Origin: Cyanophora paradoxa CCMP329
Lineage: Eukaryota; Plantae; Glaucophyta
Reading direction: 5' to 3'
DNA: 64,000 bases
NCBI GenBank assembly: GCA_004431415.1
Contig: QPMI01000281.1
Coordinates: 1-64,000, forward strand
Below are positions 51,460 to 63,590 of this stretch, piece after piece. Positions within the stretch are counted from its first letter, which is position 1. Every line of letters begins with the position of its first letter. The position numbers were made by a program, and so were the translations under genes. The notes beneath the pieces are model-generated. The model was given only the letters and a program-made list of their open reading frames with translations, had not been told where the DNA came from and did no database searches.

Positions 51460-51498
51460 TAGTGTCCCTGATAGACCAAACCATGGCCATGGCCAGAC

Positions 51499-51625
51499 GA
51501 TTACGATCGTCGAAGCCTTTTGATCTTGTGATAACGATTATAATTACGACGCCTTTGATCTTGCTATATAAAATTACGACGCCTTTGATCTGCGACTCGG
51601 CGATTACGCCTATAAAAATTATCGT
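51499..51625. repeat. Short degenerate tandem repeat (attacgacgcctttgatct core, about 4 units)
   Basis: Seen directly just right of the foldback element. Confidence 0.75.
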
Positions 51626-52060
51626 GCGCCGCCTCGGCCCCGCAGGCTACCGACGGGTCCCGGCCCCGCCGGGCCTGCAGGAACTCCCACGTGCACCGCC
51701 CAAGAACGTTAACGACGACGCGACTCGGCGATGCTGCACACGACACGCGCGCGGCCTAGGCCGTGCGGGGGTGGAGCGTTACTCCCCTTACCGTAGAATA
51801 TACGTATACGTACGGGCGCCGGCCTCGGGCCGGGGGGGCAACGGCCGGGCCGGCAACGGCGAGGGCCGCACCTTCCTATGCGTAGCCCAGACAGGCGTAG
51901 TACACAGCTAAATAGCTCTGTCTACGCTGAACGCAGATGCATGCATGCGCATGTTCAAGTTTCGATCGTGTCAGTGTGTTCGAATCAGGGCGAGAAGTTA
52001 TTTCAAGCTAGTGCGCCCGCGGCCGCCGAAATCCGCGGCGCGGCCGTGGCTGCCTCCAGC

Positions 52061-55000
52061 ATGCCCGGTAAACTCAAGTTCAGAGTCGTCCATGCAACTT
52101 CCGCAGACGAGCAGTTCCCGGCGGCGGAGCTTAACTCGCACACCCCTCAGACCCGCGGCTGGTGCTCGGCCAGGTGCGTACAAGCCGCAGCATACAGTTG
52201 CGGTCTATGGCGCAACGCTGATGCAGCGCAGGTTCTGCGAGTACCCGCAGGAGCTCGTCGTTCAGCTCGAGGCGCCTGCGCTGGTCCAGCAGCTGCAGAT
52301 CCTCAGCCATGAAGCGAAGATATCAACGCGAATTGAGCTGTTCATCGGCGAGCCTGGCGCTAGCTCGGACTTCCGCGCCGCCAAGTTCAAGCGCCTTGGG
52401 TTCGCCCATACGCGTGCGCCTCTGTGTCGCTCGCGCGCGCTGATCGCTCTTTCTGGTAGGCATCTTTCGCTCGACAGCAACGAACGCAGCTCGTACCAAG
52501 CAAGAGAGCTGAAGTCCGTCCACATTAACACGCGCGCTGCTTTTGTGAAGCTAGTGCTTCACAAGTGCTACCTAAACAAGATGAACTTGTTCAATCAGGT
52601 GCCTCCTCTGTTTGCGCGAGAAGCCTTCGCATCGCCAGTCACTTAGCTGTGGCGCCACTCAGGTTGGGATCATTGCGCTCAGTTTTGTGGGAGATGTTGG
52701 GCCGGTTCGACGCTCTTCGCCCACCTTCCGAGTTTGTACTCTGAAACCCTGTGCAGGCGGATTCCGTGAGCGATCTCAGCGCACCTGTCAGCAATCCATC
52801 ACGTGTCAATCCTGGGCAGCAAATCGCGAGTAATGTGCGTTCTCTCTGTTCTCTTGCTGCCAATTTCAAGCAAATGATTTGGCTTGCAGCAACCAGCAGC
52901 CGACCTGATGATGGACATCACGCTTGATGAGTACGTCTCCCAGCGCATAAGGGAGCTGACTCGCAGCAAGGATGCTGCAGTTGCTAGTGAGTACATCGCC
53001 CTCCACGTCTGCTTCAATGCGTGATCTGCTTTGTAGGAGAGGACTACGATGAGGCTAAAAAGATTAAGGATTCCCTAGGCACGCTGAAAGATGTGAGATT
53101 TTCTGCATTTATTCATACATGGGCCATCTTTACTTGCTGCCCAGCTCGGCATCCAGCTTGCCAAACTGGAGCTTCAAAAGAAGCGAGCAGTCCAGCGGGA
53201 GGACTATGATACAGCCAAGAACCTCAAGGTGAGCGAAACATGTGGAGATAAGCAAGACATTCGTTAATTCCCGTTGTCAGGTGGAGATAGACAACCTGCG
53301 GAATGTAGTTGACCAAATCAGCAGTGGTCTTCGCACAGAATCCCTCTCCGCTGGAAGTCGGTCTGTCTCTATGTTACCATGAGCTGAGGCTTATAAAGAT
53401 CTCACACAGTGACACACACTCGTAGGCAGCAGCCAGCATCCAGACAACAGCCTTCACGGGCTTTACAAGAAGCATCGGTGCCAAGTCCAGCAATCGCTGA
53501 AGCTCGGATTCCCTCCCGTGGGCCTTCTCGAGAAGCAGGTAGAGTTGTTGACGGCAGGGTCGACAGGAGTGATGTGGTGGGCTTCCGCATGTCTGCTGCT
53601 TTTTTTCGCAGTCTGACAGGATGCAGCGACCACCTGTTGGCGACGTGGCTAGTCCTTCTCGCGATCCAATCAGGAGTCCTCCTTCTCGACAGGCAGCCTC
53701 TGGAGGACTTCCTCCCCAACCACCTCCAGCACGAGTGCCAGAGCCTGATGGTGACGACCGCCCTCTGCCAGCTCTTGTGCGCCGTCAAGTCAACGCTGAC
53801 GGGTTTGCTTTTATAATGGGCCAATCCTTGCAAAATTCTGCTTACCTTTGTCTTCAGAGATCCAGTTGATGATGGTGCTTTGTACCCAGATGCTGCTGAT
53901 GATGATCCAGGGGCCCAAGTTGATGATGCTGCTGACCCACAAGGTACCTGCTTTCATGAGATCCATAAACACTGAGGTGTTGATCTCTGTTTTTGCAGAG
54001 GCGGAGCCCCTTTCTGCTGCAGCACGAAAGGAGGCAGGAGCTCTCCTCGATGCATTTGGAGAAGAGCTCACAAGGATGGTCTATTCGAAGACTTGGACCC
54101 TGCGGGAGGCAGGGCTGAATCAGCTTATCGACAGAGCTTCATCTCCTGTGGATCCGGATGTACTTTGGGGTTTTTTCCTATAATGTTTGCACTCGCTCAC
54201 TCATCCCACTTCGATGCAGGGCACTTCTTTGAGAGGATATTTCAAAGCTATCGAAAAGGCATTTAATGACAAGATTGCTCAAGTCTTCCAGCGTGGTCGT
54301 CAGCTGTTGGAAGTGGCAATGAGTGCATGGCTTTTTTATCTACTATGTCTGTGTGCACGTTTGACGAAAAGAACGTCTCTCCAGAAGGCGGCTCCTCCCA
54401 TTCAAAGCAGGTCGTCCAGGGGCTTCTTGAGCCTGTCCTTGGTGCTGCTGTGAGCAAGTGTGGTGATGCCAACGCAAACGTTAGGCGGAGCGCAAGCGAT
54501 TCCGTCGCATTCATTGCTCGTCACCAGGTAACTATTTCAGTCCAACTAAACCACGAGCTTGCTCATCCGGCTTCTAGCTTGGTGGGCCCGGGCTGGTTAT
54601 TGCAAGCGTGATCAGAAGTCCAGAGAAGCTGGCAAATCCAAAACTCCTGGTTGGAAGGCTGCAGATTTTGGCGATGATTCTCACAGACTACCAGATCTCT
54701 CAGGGCATCAACGTTGAGGTTTGAGAGCACTTTCCTGTTGATCTTTTCTTTTCTCACTCGATTCCTCAATTCCTCAGAGTGTTATGCAATTCTGTGTCAG
54801 CCTCACAAGTCACTCGAGTGGGGATGTTCGGAACGCTGCCACGCGGGCCATTGTCTGTGTGTACAGACAAATTGGTCCCAAGATTGATTCGTATCTCAAG
54901 GGCGTGAAGGATCAAATTCTCCAGTCCATAACCACAGCTATGGAATCTGCTGATGCAGGCCGTCAGTACACTGACCCTCTCCCGGGGCCAAGTGCACCTC

Positions 55001-55648
55001 GAGAGGCACCGGTATGTGTGTGGGCAAGCTACTGAAACGATACATAGCATTCTGCTAATGCATAGCAGCCTGCAGCCAAGCGTGCAGCGGCAGTCATTGA
55101 TGCTGCCCCGAAGGAGGAGAATGGAGGCCAAGGTTCGTGCCCATCTTTATCCTCATAAATCTCTTTGATCACTTTCGTGATGCTTTTCCAGCATGTCAAT
55201 TCTGCTTGAAGAAGGACCCGAGCTTCAAAGACGATGCTGCTCTGGACCTCCACTTCGTCACGGATTGTACCATGCTGTGTGACTGCGAAGATTGTGGACA
55301 GGTCTGTACAGAATGCAGCACTGCCATCCATTTTTCTAACAATCTTTAGGTCGTTGAAATCGCCACTCTGAATGAACATCGCCTCACGGAGTGTGAGAAG
55401 AAGTTCAAGCAATGCAGTACCTGTGGGGAGGCTTTCGTAACACTTCCACATCAGCCATGTGTGCCTTCAAAACCAACTCTCGCAAGGTGAGCAGCAACTA
55501 AAACCGCATAATCTTTGACGATCGGCATATACATTGTCGTTGACTTGGTCTTCGGTGCAGATGCCCACTTTGCCATACGGACATTGCGAAGGCTGGATTC
55601 AAGAAACACATTTCAAATTGCTCAAAAAACAAGCGTGCTCACAAGTGA
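52061..55648 (+). CDS. CEP104: Centrosomal/ciliary-tip protein CEP104
   Basis: MPGKLKFRVVHATSADEQFPAAELN..GWCSARFCEYPQEL, LQILSHEAKISTRIELF, LDSNERSSYQARELKSVH, N..NLFNQVG, TOG-like YSKTWTLRE, zinc fingers CQFC..LDLHF..C..L..C..C, RCPLCH. Confidence 0.95.
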
Positions 55649-56280
55649 TCTTCCAGCTATCTTTGCATTTGACGTCACACGTGATGTTCTTCTAGCCGCT
55701 AGCGCTAGTTGATCACGTAAATCTCCACCGGGACAGCGGCGGCGCGGGGTGGGGGCCCAGCTGCGGCGGCAGGGTGAGGCCTAGGTGCGCATCAGTAGCG
55801 GCGGGGCGAACCTGGAGTCGACGAAGCTGATGCAGCAGGCGGGGCGACGGATAGGGAAGCAGGCAGAGCGGCAGGTGAGGTCGGGCACTGTGCATAGCGT
55901 ATATATAGCCTGCGCAGGGCCGGGGCAGGGCGAGGCCCGGGCCCAGCCCGGCGCTGCGTACTCGTACTAGGTTGAATGCAGTCCCTGCCTTCTCCCAGAA
56001 GGCTGGCCATGGGCCGTTCCACCGTGAGGCCCTCAGGGCCTAAGAAAGATCGATGCGACGAGGTGGTTTGTTGGAATCCGGCACCACAGGCAGTCTTGGG
56101 GCGGAGGGGTAGCCTCAGGGCGGTGTTGGGAGCTCCTATGAACTTGGGGACCCGGCATGGAGTTAGCCTGCACCCGGATGCGGGCGAAGGGTTGGATCGA
56201 AATCGGAAAAGGAATTCTTTTGAGACACTGAATTCGAAAAATGTAGTTTTTTTGCATTTATCGATACATCGGTCATTCTA

Positions 56281-56341
56281 ACTTGCTGTTCAGCCCGGCA
56301 TCCAGCTCGCCAAACTGAAGCTTCAAAAGAAGCAAGCAGTG
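56281..56341 (+). pseudogene. ~60-bp degenerate copy of a CEP104 intron/exon junction (source ~53132-53191)
   Basis: acttgctg..cagc.cggcatccagct.gccaaactg.agcttcaaaagaagc.agcagt at both sites. Confidence 0.8.
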
Positions 56342-56602
56342 CACGGAGCACCTGCATGCGGGCACGCGGGGGAAGAGTCAGATCGAAATCAAACGGACTG
56401 TCGTCGAAATCGAAATCGAGTGCACTTTGATCGGTAGCGTCCCAAAACGAGCGCCTGTGGACGGGCTTTGATCAGGAAAGCTGTGGGCATTATGGGCGCG
56501 ACACGCGCATGCACACACAGACATGGGCGCCCTCCGCCTCGTTGTACATGTGGAGACTCGGTAAACAAAATACAGCCTAATCAGTCGTTTGTTACTTTGA
56601 GA

Positions 56603-57054
56603 TCAGCCACAGAGGGTCTCCACAATGAGCTGCCAGTCCGACTGGCAGGTGTCAAAAGAGAGCTGGAGGGCCGGTGCGGAGGACACTTGCACCTGATGCT
56701 TTGTAACGGATATGGCGAGAAGTGAAACGAGTGATTTCTTATCTGAGTCGCCAACTCTGGTCGAGAACTTAGCGTACTGATCACACATACGATCGTCTAG
56801 TCGAGTGAGCACCTGAAAAGCGCATGCGCTGCACACGGTTATTGGGCGATTTAAACTGTACACGGTACAAAATGCGCACCAAGCAGATGCGCGACGTCAG
56901 GAGATGGCGTTTTGTGTTTGAGGGATCGCAGGAGCGCGATGGTTTCCTTCAAAAGACCACGAGAGTATTTGTCGGCGGCAGCTTTGTAAATATCGGATTC
57001 GCCTGGCTCGCGGCCAAGGGATTTGCGGAGGGCAGCGATCTCTTCCTCCTCCAT
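56603..57054 (-). CDS. Hypothetical small protein, probably two exons
   Basis: MEEEEIAALRKSLGREPGESDIYKAAADKY... has protein-like composition, a plausible GT..TTTCAG intron, and sits head-to-head with syntaxin-16; no family recognised. Confidence 0.4.
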
Positions 57055-57447
57055 CGCGGCCGCGACGACAGGCCGATCGATGCTCTGACGCCGTGCAAGG
57101 CCGCCCGTAACCGACTTGTCGAATCCAGAGGATGCGGTGTGCTGGCCGGGGGCACTGTCGAAAGCGACGGCGGGCTGGGAGGAGCACACAAGCACGCAGA
57201 TAGAGCTCAAATTAGCTTGCTAAGCTTAGCTATAGCCGATTAAGCGGTAGTTACACTTCGCTAGAAGCAGAATTCGAACGCCGGCTGTCCCGGTAATCTG
57301 TGTACCCCGCCATCCTGAACGAGCGGGCGGGCCAGCGGCTTAGCGAAAGCGCGCGAATACATCCAATACAGAGGAGCGAGGAGCGCTAGGCCATCCCGTG
57401 CTGCCCAGGCTAGTAAACAGCGCCCCGCGTAGCGGTCCGCCTGAGGC

Positions 57448-58810
57448 ATGGCGGCGCGCGACCGGACAGAGCATTTTCTGAAGCGGAGACAGTTCTACAG
57501 GTTCTTCCGCATGCGCGGTCCCGCGTGCTTCGTCCGAAGGCCGGCTCACCGCGCGTTCTCTGCAGCACACAGCGCGGCGACAAGGGCGCGAAGGGCTCTA
57601 CGACTTATCAGAGGCTTCACGACGATGAGGACGGCGACGGCAAGCGGCACGAGCACCGGAAGCTCATCTCAGGCGACGCGTCGGTTCCTATCTGGGTGAA
57701 CCTCGCTGAGGAAGTCAGCGGTATGATTCCGCAGATTAAGGCAAAGAGTGAGCGATGCTTACTACGTGCTCTCGGAGCGTTTTCTCGCTCGGTTCGGCGT
57801 TCAAACGAAAGCGCGCAGTGTCCGAGCTGCAGAAGAAGTACTCCAAGCGCTTGCTCCCAGGTTTCGTAGACGAAGACAATAAAGCTCTAGAGGCGGAGAT
57901 TGAGTTGCTCACGCAGGAGATTACAAAGGTGCGCTGGATAGAATGCTGCTGCCGCTTGCCTTTCTCCGACATTCCGCAGCTACTAGGAGACTCGGAGGCG
58001 CGGGTAAAGCAGGTTTCCATCATGTCAGATGCAGCGAATAAGCGCAGGACGGATAGCGACAAGCAGGGCCGCATCGGCGCTACTCCGAAAGAGGCAGTTC
58101 GGCTCAATGTACAATCTTCTCTTGCCGTTCAGCTCTCGGACCTATCTTTGCAGTTCCGCAAGCAGCAAAAGCATTATATGTCCAGTACGCTGACCCTGTA
58201 CCGAATCTCCAATGTATGCTTAGCCCTTTCCCAATCTTCAGGATTACAGACGGAGTCGGCTGGATTGGTGAACCTTTCTCAGGACCAGATTCTCAATCCA
58301 GACGAAATACAAACAAGAGATGATGTATCGGTTCGCAGAATCTTTAATGCTGTGGAGGTCCGTTACTCACGAACTTTCTACAGGACCCTGGAGCTGCCAT
58401 GTCTGCAGAGGCGACTATTCAGAAGGAGCGGAGTGGAGAGATAACGAAGATCGCGAAGTCGATCAATGAGCTGGCATCAATCATCAAAGATCTGAATGGG
58501 CTTGTCATCGACCAGGTCATGCCCCGAGATTAGCCTCTCGTAGTTTTCAGTCTGAAACATCCATCAGGGAACCCTTCTCGACCGCATTGACTACAACATG
58601 GAGCAAGTGAGCCACAACGTAGAGGCGGCAAATAAAGAGCTGGAAAAGGTGATGGGCCCCGCTCTGATGACATTCAACACACCATACTGACGATGTTTGT
58701 GAATGCAGGCTGAAAAGCACCAGAAGAGTGGCAAGTTCATGGCCTTTGTCATGTGCTGCGGTGTAATCATCATCATTCTTTTCATTCTCCTGCTGATCAA
58801 ACACCATTAG
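57448..58810 (+). CDS. STX16: Syntaxin-16/SYP4/Tlg2 Qa-SNARE
   Basis: N-peptide MAARDRTEHFL, PIWV, LLPGF, LSLQFRKQQKHY, IAKSINELASIIKDLNGLVIDQGTLLDRIDYNME, C-terminal TM helix. Confidence 0.93.
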
Positions 58811-59121
58811 CACATGTACATTGCAGCTATAGGTTTTTTTGGTTCTGTTCAGGCGAAACTGAACATTCACCTGTATAAATACATGACTCCGAAACAATTG
58901 ACCGTGGCTCTACATAGTGAGCATGCAGTGAGCTTTGCAGCGCGCGGGCACCGCCTCATTCCTAAAATGGTGCTCGCAATCGCTAGCCCAGCACGCTTGT
59001 GCAATGCTCGCAACTTGGCCCTCCCTGCGCAGCAGTTCGAAGGCGAGCAATCGGGATCATTTGGGTGATAGGAATAGAGCGAGCTGAAAGGGGAAATCTA
59101 CTATAACTCTGCAACCTACAT

Positions 59122-59526
59122 CTATAGCGCCTTCAGGCCGAGCTGCTTAATGGTCTGGTAGTACACGGCCGGCTTGTCGGATTTCAAGTAGCGCATGAGG
59201 CGGCGGCGCTGGCCGACGAGCTTCTCGAGGCCCTTGCGAGCAGCGAAGTCTTTCTTGAAGTCCTTCAGGTGCTCGGTGATCATCTTGATGCGGGCGGTGA
59301 GAGTCGCGATCTGGACGGCGGCCGAGCCGACGTCATTCTCGCCCTGGCGGAACGCCGCCAGGTACTCGCCGCGCGACTCCGCGGGGATCTCGTCCCAGGC
59401 GCTGGCCCGGACCTCGAACACCGGGGCAGGTGCGGGCGCCGCTGTGCAGGCCAGGCGCTTGCCGGCAAAGAACGACGGGGCGGAGCCCGCAGTGAAGACC
59501 GCCGACGAGGACGCGAACGCCGACAT
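59122..59526 (-). CDS. rps15: Nucleus-encoded plastid ribosomal protein uS15, intronless, with transit peptide
   Basis: MSAFASSSAVFTAGSAPSFFAGK..VRA transit peptide; ENDVGSAAVQIATLTARI..EHLK..KD..RKGLEKLVGQRRRLMRYL..LGL. Confidence 0.93.
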   Translation of the reverse strand: MSAFASSSAVFTAGSAPSFFAGKRLACTAAPAPAPVFEVRASAWDEIPAESRGEYLAAFRQGENDVGSAAVQIATLTARIKMITEHLKDFKKDFAARKGLEKLVGQRRRLMRYLKSDKPAVYYQTIKQLGLKAL

Positions 59527-59899
59527 GGCAACCTGCGGTGCGGCGCGAGCGGGTGGGCGCGTGAGCTGCGCGACTTGTGCACCGAGACGAAATATCTTCG
59601 GCGAGGGGCCCCATAAGCGCAAGATGGCAGCGGCGGGACGCCTTCGGAAGGAACAGGGCAAGCTCTAGCGTATCCACGCCGCTCTAAGACGCCGGGCGGC
59701 CGGAAAGATCTCCACGGCCCGTCCTAGGGCGTGCGGCGGAACGGACGCTGGATCGTACACACGCTGCTTCTCTCCCAGCTCCGTCCCGCGAGACACATCG
59801 GCCCCGCCCGCCGCACGCCACGCACCGGACGAGATTTGGCGAACCGGACGAACTACCCCCCACCAGCTTCTCCCCCCAGGCAGGGTACACAGCGAAACC

Positions 59900-62800
59900 A
59901 TGGCGGCCCAGCTCGCGCCGGGCGCCGTCTACAAGAGCGCAGTGCAGACGGCGATCGAGGCTGGAGCCAACATCGACCGCGTTCGCGAGCTTCTCATCGC
60001 AAGCCGGGAGCGCCTGGTGCGTACGCGTCAGCGTGTGACGCGCACGCGACCCAGGCTCTAAAACGGCACTCCTCCGTCGTTACCCGTTCCCCTTGTCGTC
60101 GCGCGCCTCCCCGCTCGTGACGCGCTGCTCGACGCCTCACTCCCCTCCGCCGCTTGGGTGCAGGACTGGGAGACGCTCACGGCGGCCATCAATACGGGAA
60201 ATCTCAAGGTCGTGGAGCTGTGCTTCAGTCATGCCCTCGCGTCGCCCCACTCCGACGGCGACAAGGAGATCCGCGTCGCGGGCCATTGGGTGCAGGCCGC
60301 GCTCGACAGGAGCCCCGAGCTTGCGCGGTGCGCGTATATGACTCCCACCTCGGATTTTGAAATCCATTCGGCGCCGAACCCCACCCGGCCCGCAGGTACC
60401 TTCTTGACTTCGGCAAGCGGTTCGCTGGTGGGGGCCTCGGGAAGGATACGCGGGGCGCTGATGCCTTTTTCGTTTCAGTTATGAGTCGAATGACTCTGCT
60501 CCGGGCCTTCGAGCCCTCGTCCGGTTCATCCGAAAGGGTGACGAAGAGCGTGCCCTGAAGCTCATGGACCTCGGCGTCGAGTGCGACGTCGACGCCTGCA
60601 GGTTCGAGCCGCTTGGTGCGTCAAAGTCTTTCTTTATTTCAGTTTCCTTTCCTTCCAATGCGGACACAATTCCTGAGGCGTCGTCTACAGATCCACTGGT
60701 GGTCGCGCTGGAGGGTGGGCAGCGGAAAATTGCAAAGCGAATTTTGGAGAAGCGCGAAAAGGGCGAGTATGTGCGCAGCAACGAGCGCGGTGCGCATGGC
60801 GTTCGTCGGGCCCGGTCGCTCGGAGGCTGAAAGCAGTCACCCGGCCTGGCGCAGCTGTTGTCCTCCGTCGCGCCCTGCAGAAGCACTACGAAGACATTGT
60901 CGAGATTCTCCTTGCTTCGCCCGAGTACGGCTCGGTGACCCAGGAGGGAGGGGAGCCCCTGCTCCGAGGTGCGCCCGTGCCCGTGCAGCCGCCTCCTCCT
61001 TCGGGGTTTTTGATCGAGCGCGCGCTACGCAGCTTTTAAGCTGCAGGATGGCTTCCAGACCGTGGACCAGCTGCTCCAGGCGGTCAAGGGTGACGTGCGG
61101 GACAATCTGCTCCTCTTCGGGACGCGCTTCGCCGCCGCGACGGGTGCCAACGCGTTCACCCGCTTCCTCCTCGACCGTATCCAGAACCCCAGCTGCCTCC
61201 ACCGTCCGAAGATCATGGGCACGGTGCGCCGCCGACCCGCTCGGCCGCCTCCACGGCGTGTCGACGCGCCGCTCGGCAGTACGAGTCGCCGCGCTCGTCG
61301 CTGGAGATTGCGCTCAAAAAGCGCTACCCCGGCGTCGCGAAGATGATCCTCGAGAAGTGGACATGCTCCGTGCGCGCCTCCCGCCGGCGCGTCCCCGCTG
61401 GCGCTCACACGCGCATGGGGCGCGCAGGCGGAAAATATTGAGGAGGGCTGCAATGCCCTGCGCCTCGCCCTCCATCAGAAGTGCGCGCTCGCGCGCGCTG
61501 CGTCCCCCGCCCCTCCGCCCCCCGCCCCTCACCCCTCACCCCTCATTCCCCCTCAGGTACTTCGACATCGCGGCGGAGCTGCTGGGGAAGGGCGCCTGCG
61601 AGACGGGCGGCGAGTTCGACAACGAGATCCGCGAGACCGCCATCCAGGTCCGCCGCGCCCCCATCGGACCCGCCCCGCCCCGCCCCGCGGTCTGACAGCG
61701 GGCGGCCTTCTCCGCCGCTGCCGCGCAGCTCGTGCTGCAGGAGGCGGGCGACGACTTCGAGCTCACCCGCAAGGTCCTCGCCGCCACCAAGCCCAAGAAC
61801 ACCACCAAGGAGGCCTGCCCGCCCGCCCGCCGCCGCGCGCCGGCGCGCTCCTAACCCCGCCCACAGATGATGCTCTTCGACGCGATGCTGGCGTGCTCCT
61901 CCCGCGGCCTCGGCGCGGCCGTGCGCTTCATCATCAACGAGGCGCTGTCCCACGACGCCCCGAACTACGCCAAGGTGCGCGGGCGCCCCGCCGGTCGCGG
62001 GCCTCGTCCGCCCCGCCGCGAGCCGGGCCGGCGGCAGTTCGTGGAGGACGCGATCCGCTACGCGGTGCAGAACAAGCACGTCGACGTTGCCGCCTTCCTC
62101 CTCGAGAAGGCGCGCCGGCCGCCCCGGCCCCCGCTCCCCCGCCTGCGCCGCTGACGGGCGGGCAGGCGCTGAAGGGGAAGCCGGAGCGGGAGGGCCCAAT
62201 CCTGGTTGCGGCGGTGAACGCGAAGAGCGAGGAGTGCCTGGAGGCGCTCGTGCAGCACGGCTTCAACGTCGACGTCATGGAGACGCAGACCGACATGCAC
62301 CTCTCCCTCCCCTCCCGCGTCCGCACCGGCCCCCCGCCTGCCGGCTCCGGCCTTCGCGAGCCGCCCGGCGCCCCTGAGGCCTCGCGCCGGCCCGCAGAGC
62401 CTGCACCTCTTCGCGTACGCGATCGAGCGCGGCACGCTGCGCCAGGCGGAGCTCGTCGCCCGCACCAAGCCGCGCCTCCTCCTCACCCACACCCACTCGG
62501 AGGCGCGCCGCGCCCACGGCGGCCTCCGCGCGGCGCGCGACCCCGCTCACGCCCCGCCCCGCCGAGCAGGTCCTCGCGGAGCTGTACACGCGCCCGTCGG
62601 CGGGCGCGGTGGCGTTCGAGAGCCTGAGCCCCGCCCAGAGCGCCGCCGTCCACGAGCTCTTCTTCACGGTCCGCGCGGAGCACCTCTGCGCGCCTCCGCC
62701 GCCGCGCCTAACGCGGCGCGCAGGCGGACTTTGCGGAGGACTGGAAGCTGCGCGCGAGCGCGGCCGCCGTCATCTACATCCTCGGCATCGACGGCGCCAA

Positions 62801-63590
62801 GGTCCGCCCGCCGCTCTGAAGATACAGAAGAGGGGCCCGCCCGAACGGGTCGCGCCCCGCAGGTGAAGAACAGCGCGGCGGACTGGGACCAGGCGCACTA
62901 CGAGCGGGCCCTCGCCCGCTTCGCCTCGCACACCGACAAGCTCGTCCCGCACATCATCCGCCCCGGTCCGCACCCGCCATCCGCCTCCCTGCCCGCTTGC
63001 CGGCCGCCCGCCCCGACGACCCCTCGCAGTGCGCGCCAAGCGGGGCGAGTCCATCGAGATGAACCTGGAGGGCCTCCTCTACGAGCCCCACGAGCGCCCC
63101 GCCGCCATCCTCCAGTCGGCCTCCGCCGTGCGCCCCGCGCTGCGCTCTGCCCCCTCGTCCTTGCCCTCAACGCACCCCCGCCAGACTCCGGGGAGCGGCA
63201 CCAAGCGCAAGATGCCGCCCTCGGCCTCCTTCGCTGTGCGCGAGCCCCGCCCGATCTCGCGCCATGCCTCGCAAAGCTCACCGGCGTGCAGGTGGCCCAG
63301 AAGAGTGCTCGTGGCATGACCGAGAAGCTGGCGCCCCCGAATGCCCTCAAAGACCGCAAGACCAGCGAGTTCCAGCTCGAGGTGCCTCGCTTTCAAAGCG
63401 TGCCATATGTTGCCCCCATGGCCAGCTCCCCACTGACCGCCCGTGGCTGCGCATACACGAGCAGGCGGTCAGCGAGCTCCTGGCGTGCCCCTCATGGGTG
63501 GGCCTGAACGTCACCACCCGCGACAAGTTCCTCGCCTTCCTCGCCGAGCTCGAGCCCCTCGTCCTTGCCGAGACCACCGCCCAGTTCTAG
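59900..63590 (+). CDS. Ankyrin-repeat-like multi-exon protein
   Basis: Repeated helical motifs TLTAAINTGNLKVVELC, PLVVALEGGQRKIAKRIL, AIRYAVQNKHVDVAAFLL, ILVAAVNAKSEECLEALVQHGFNVD; stop at 63588-63590. Confidence 0.65.
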
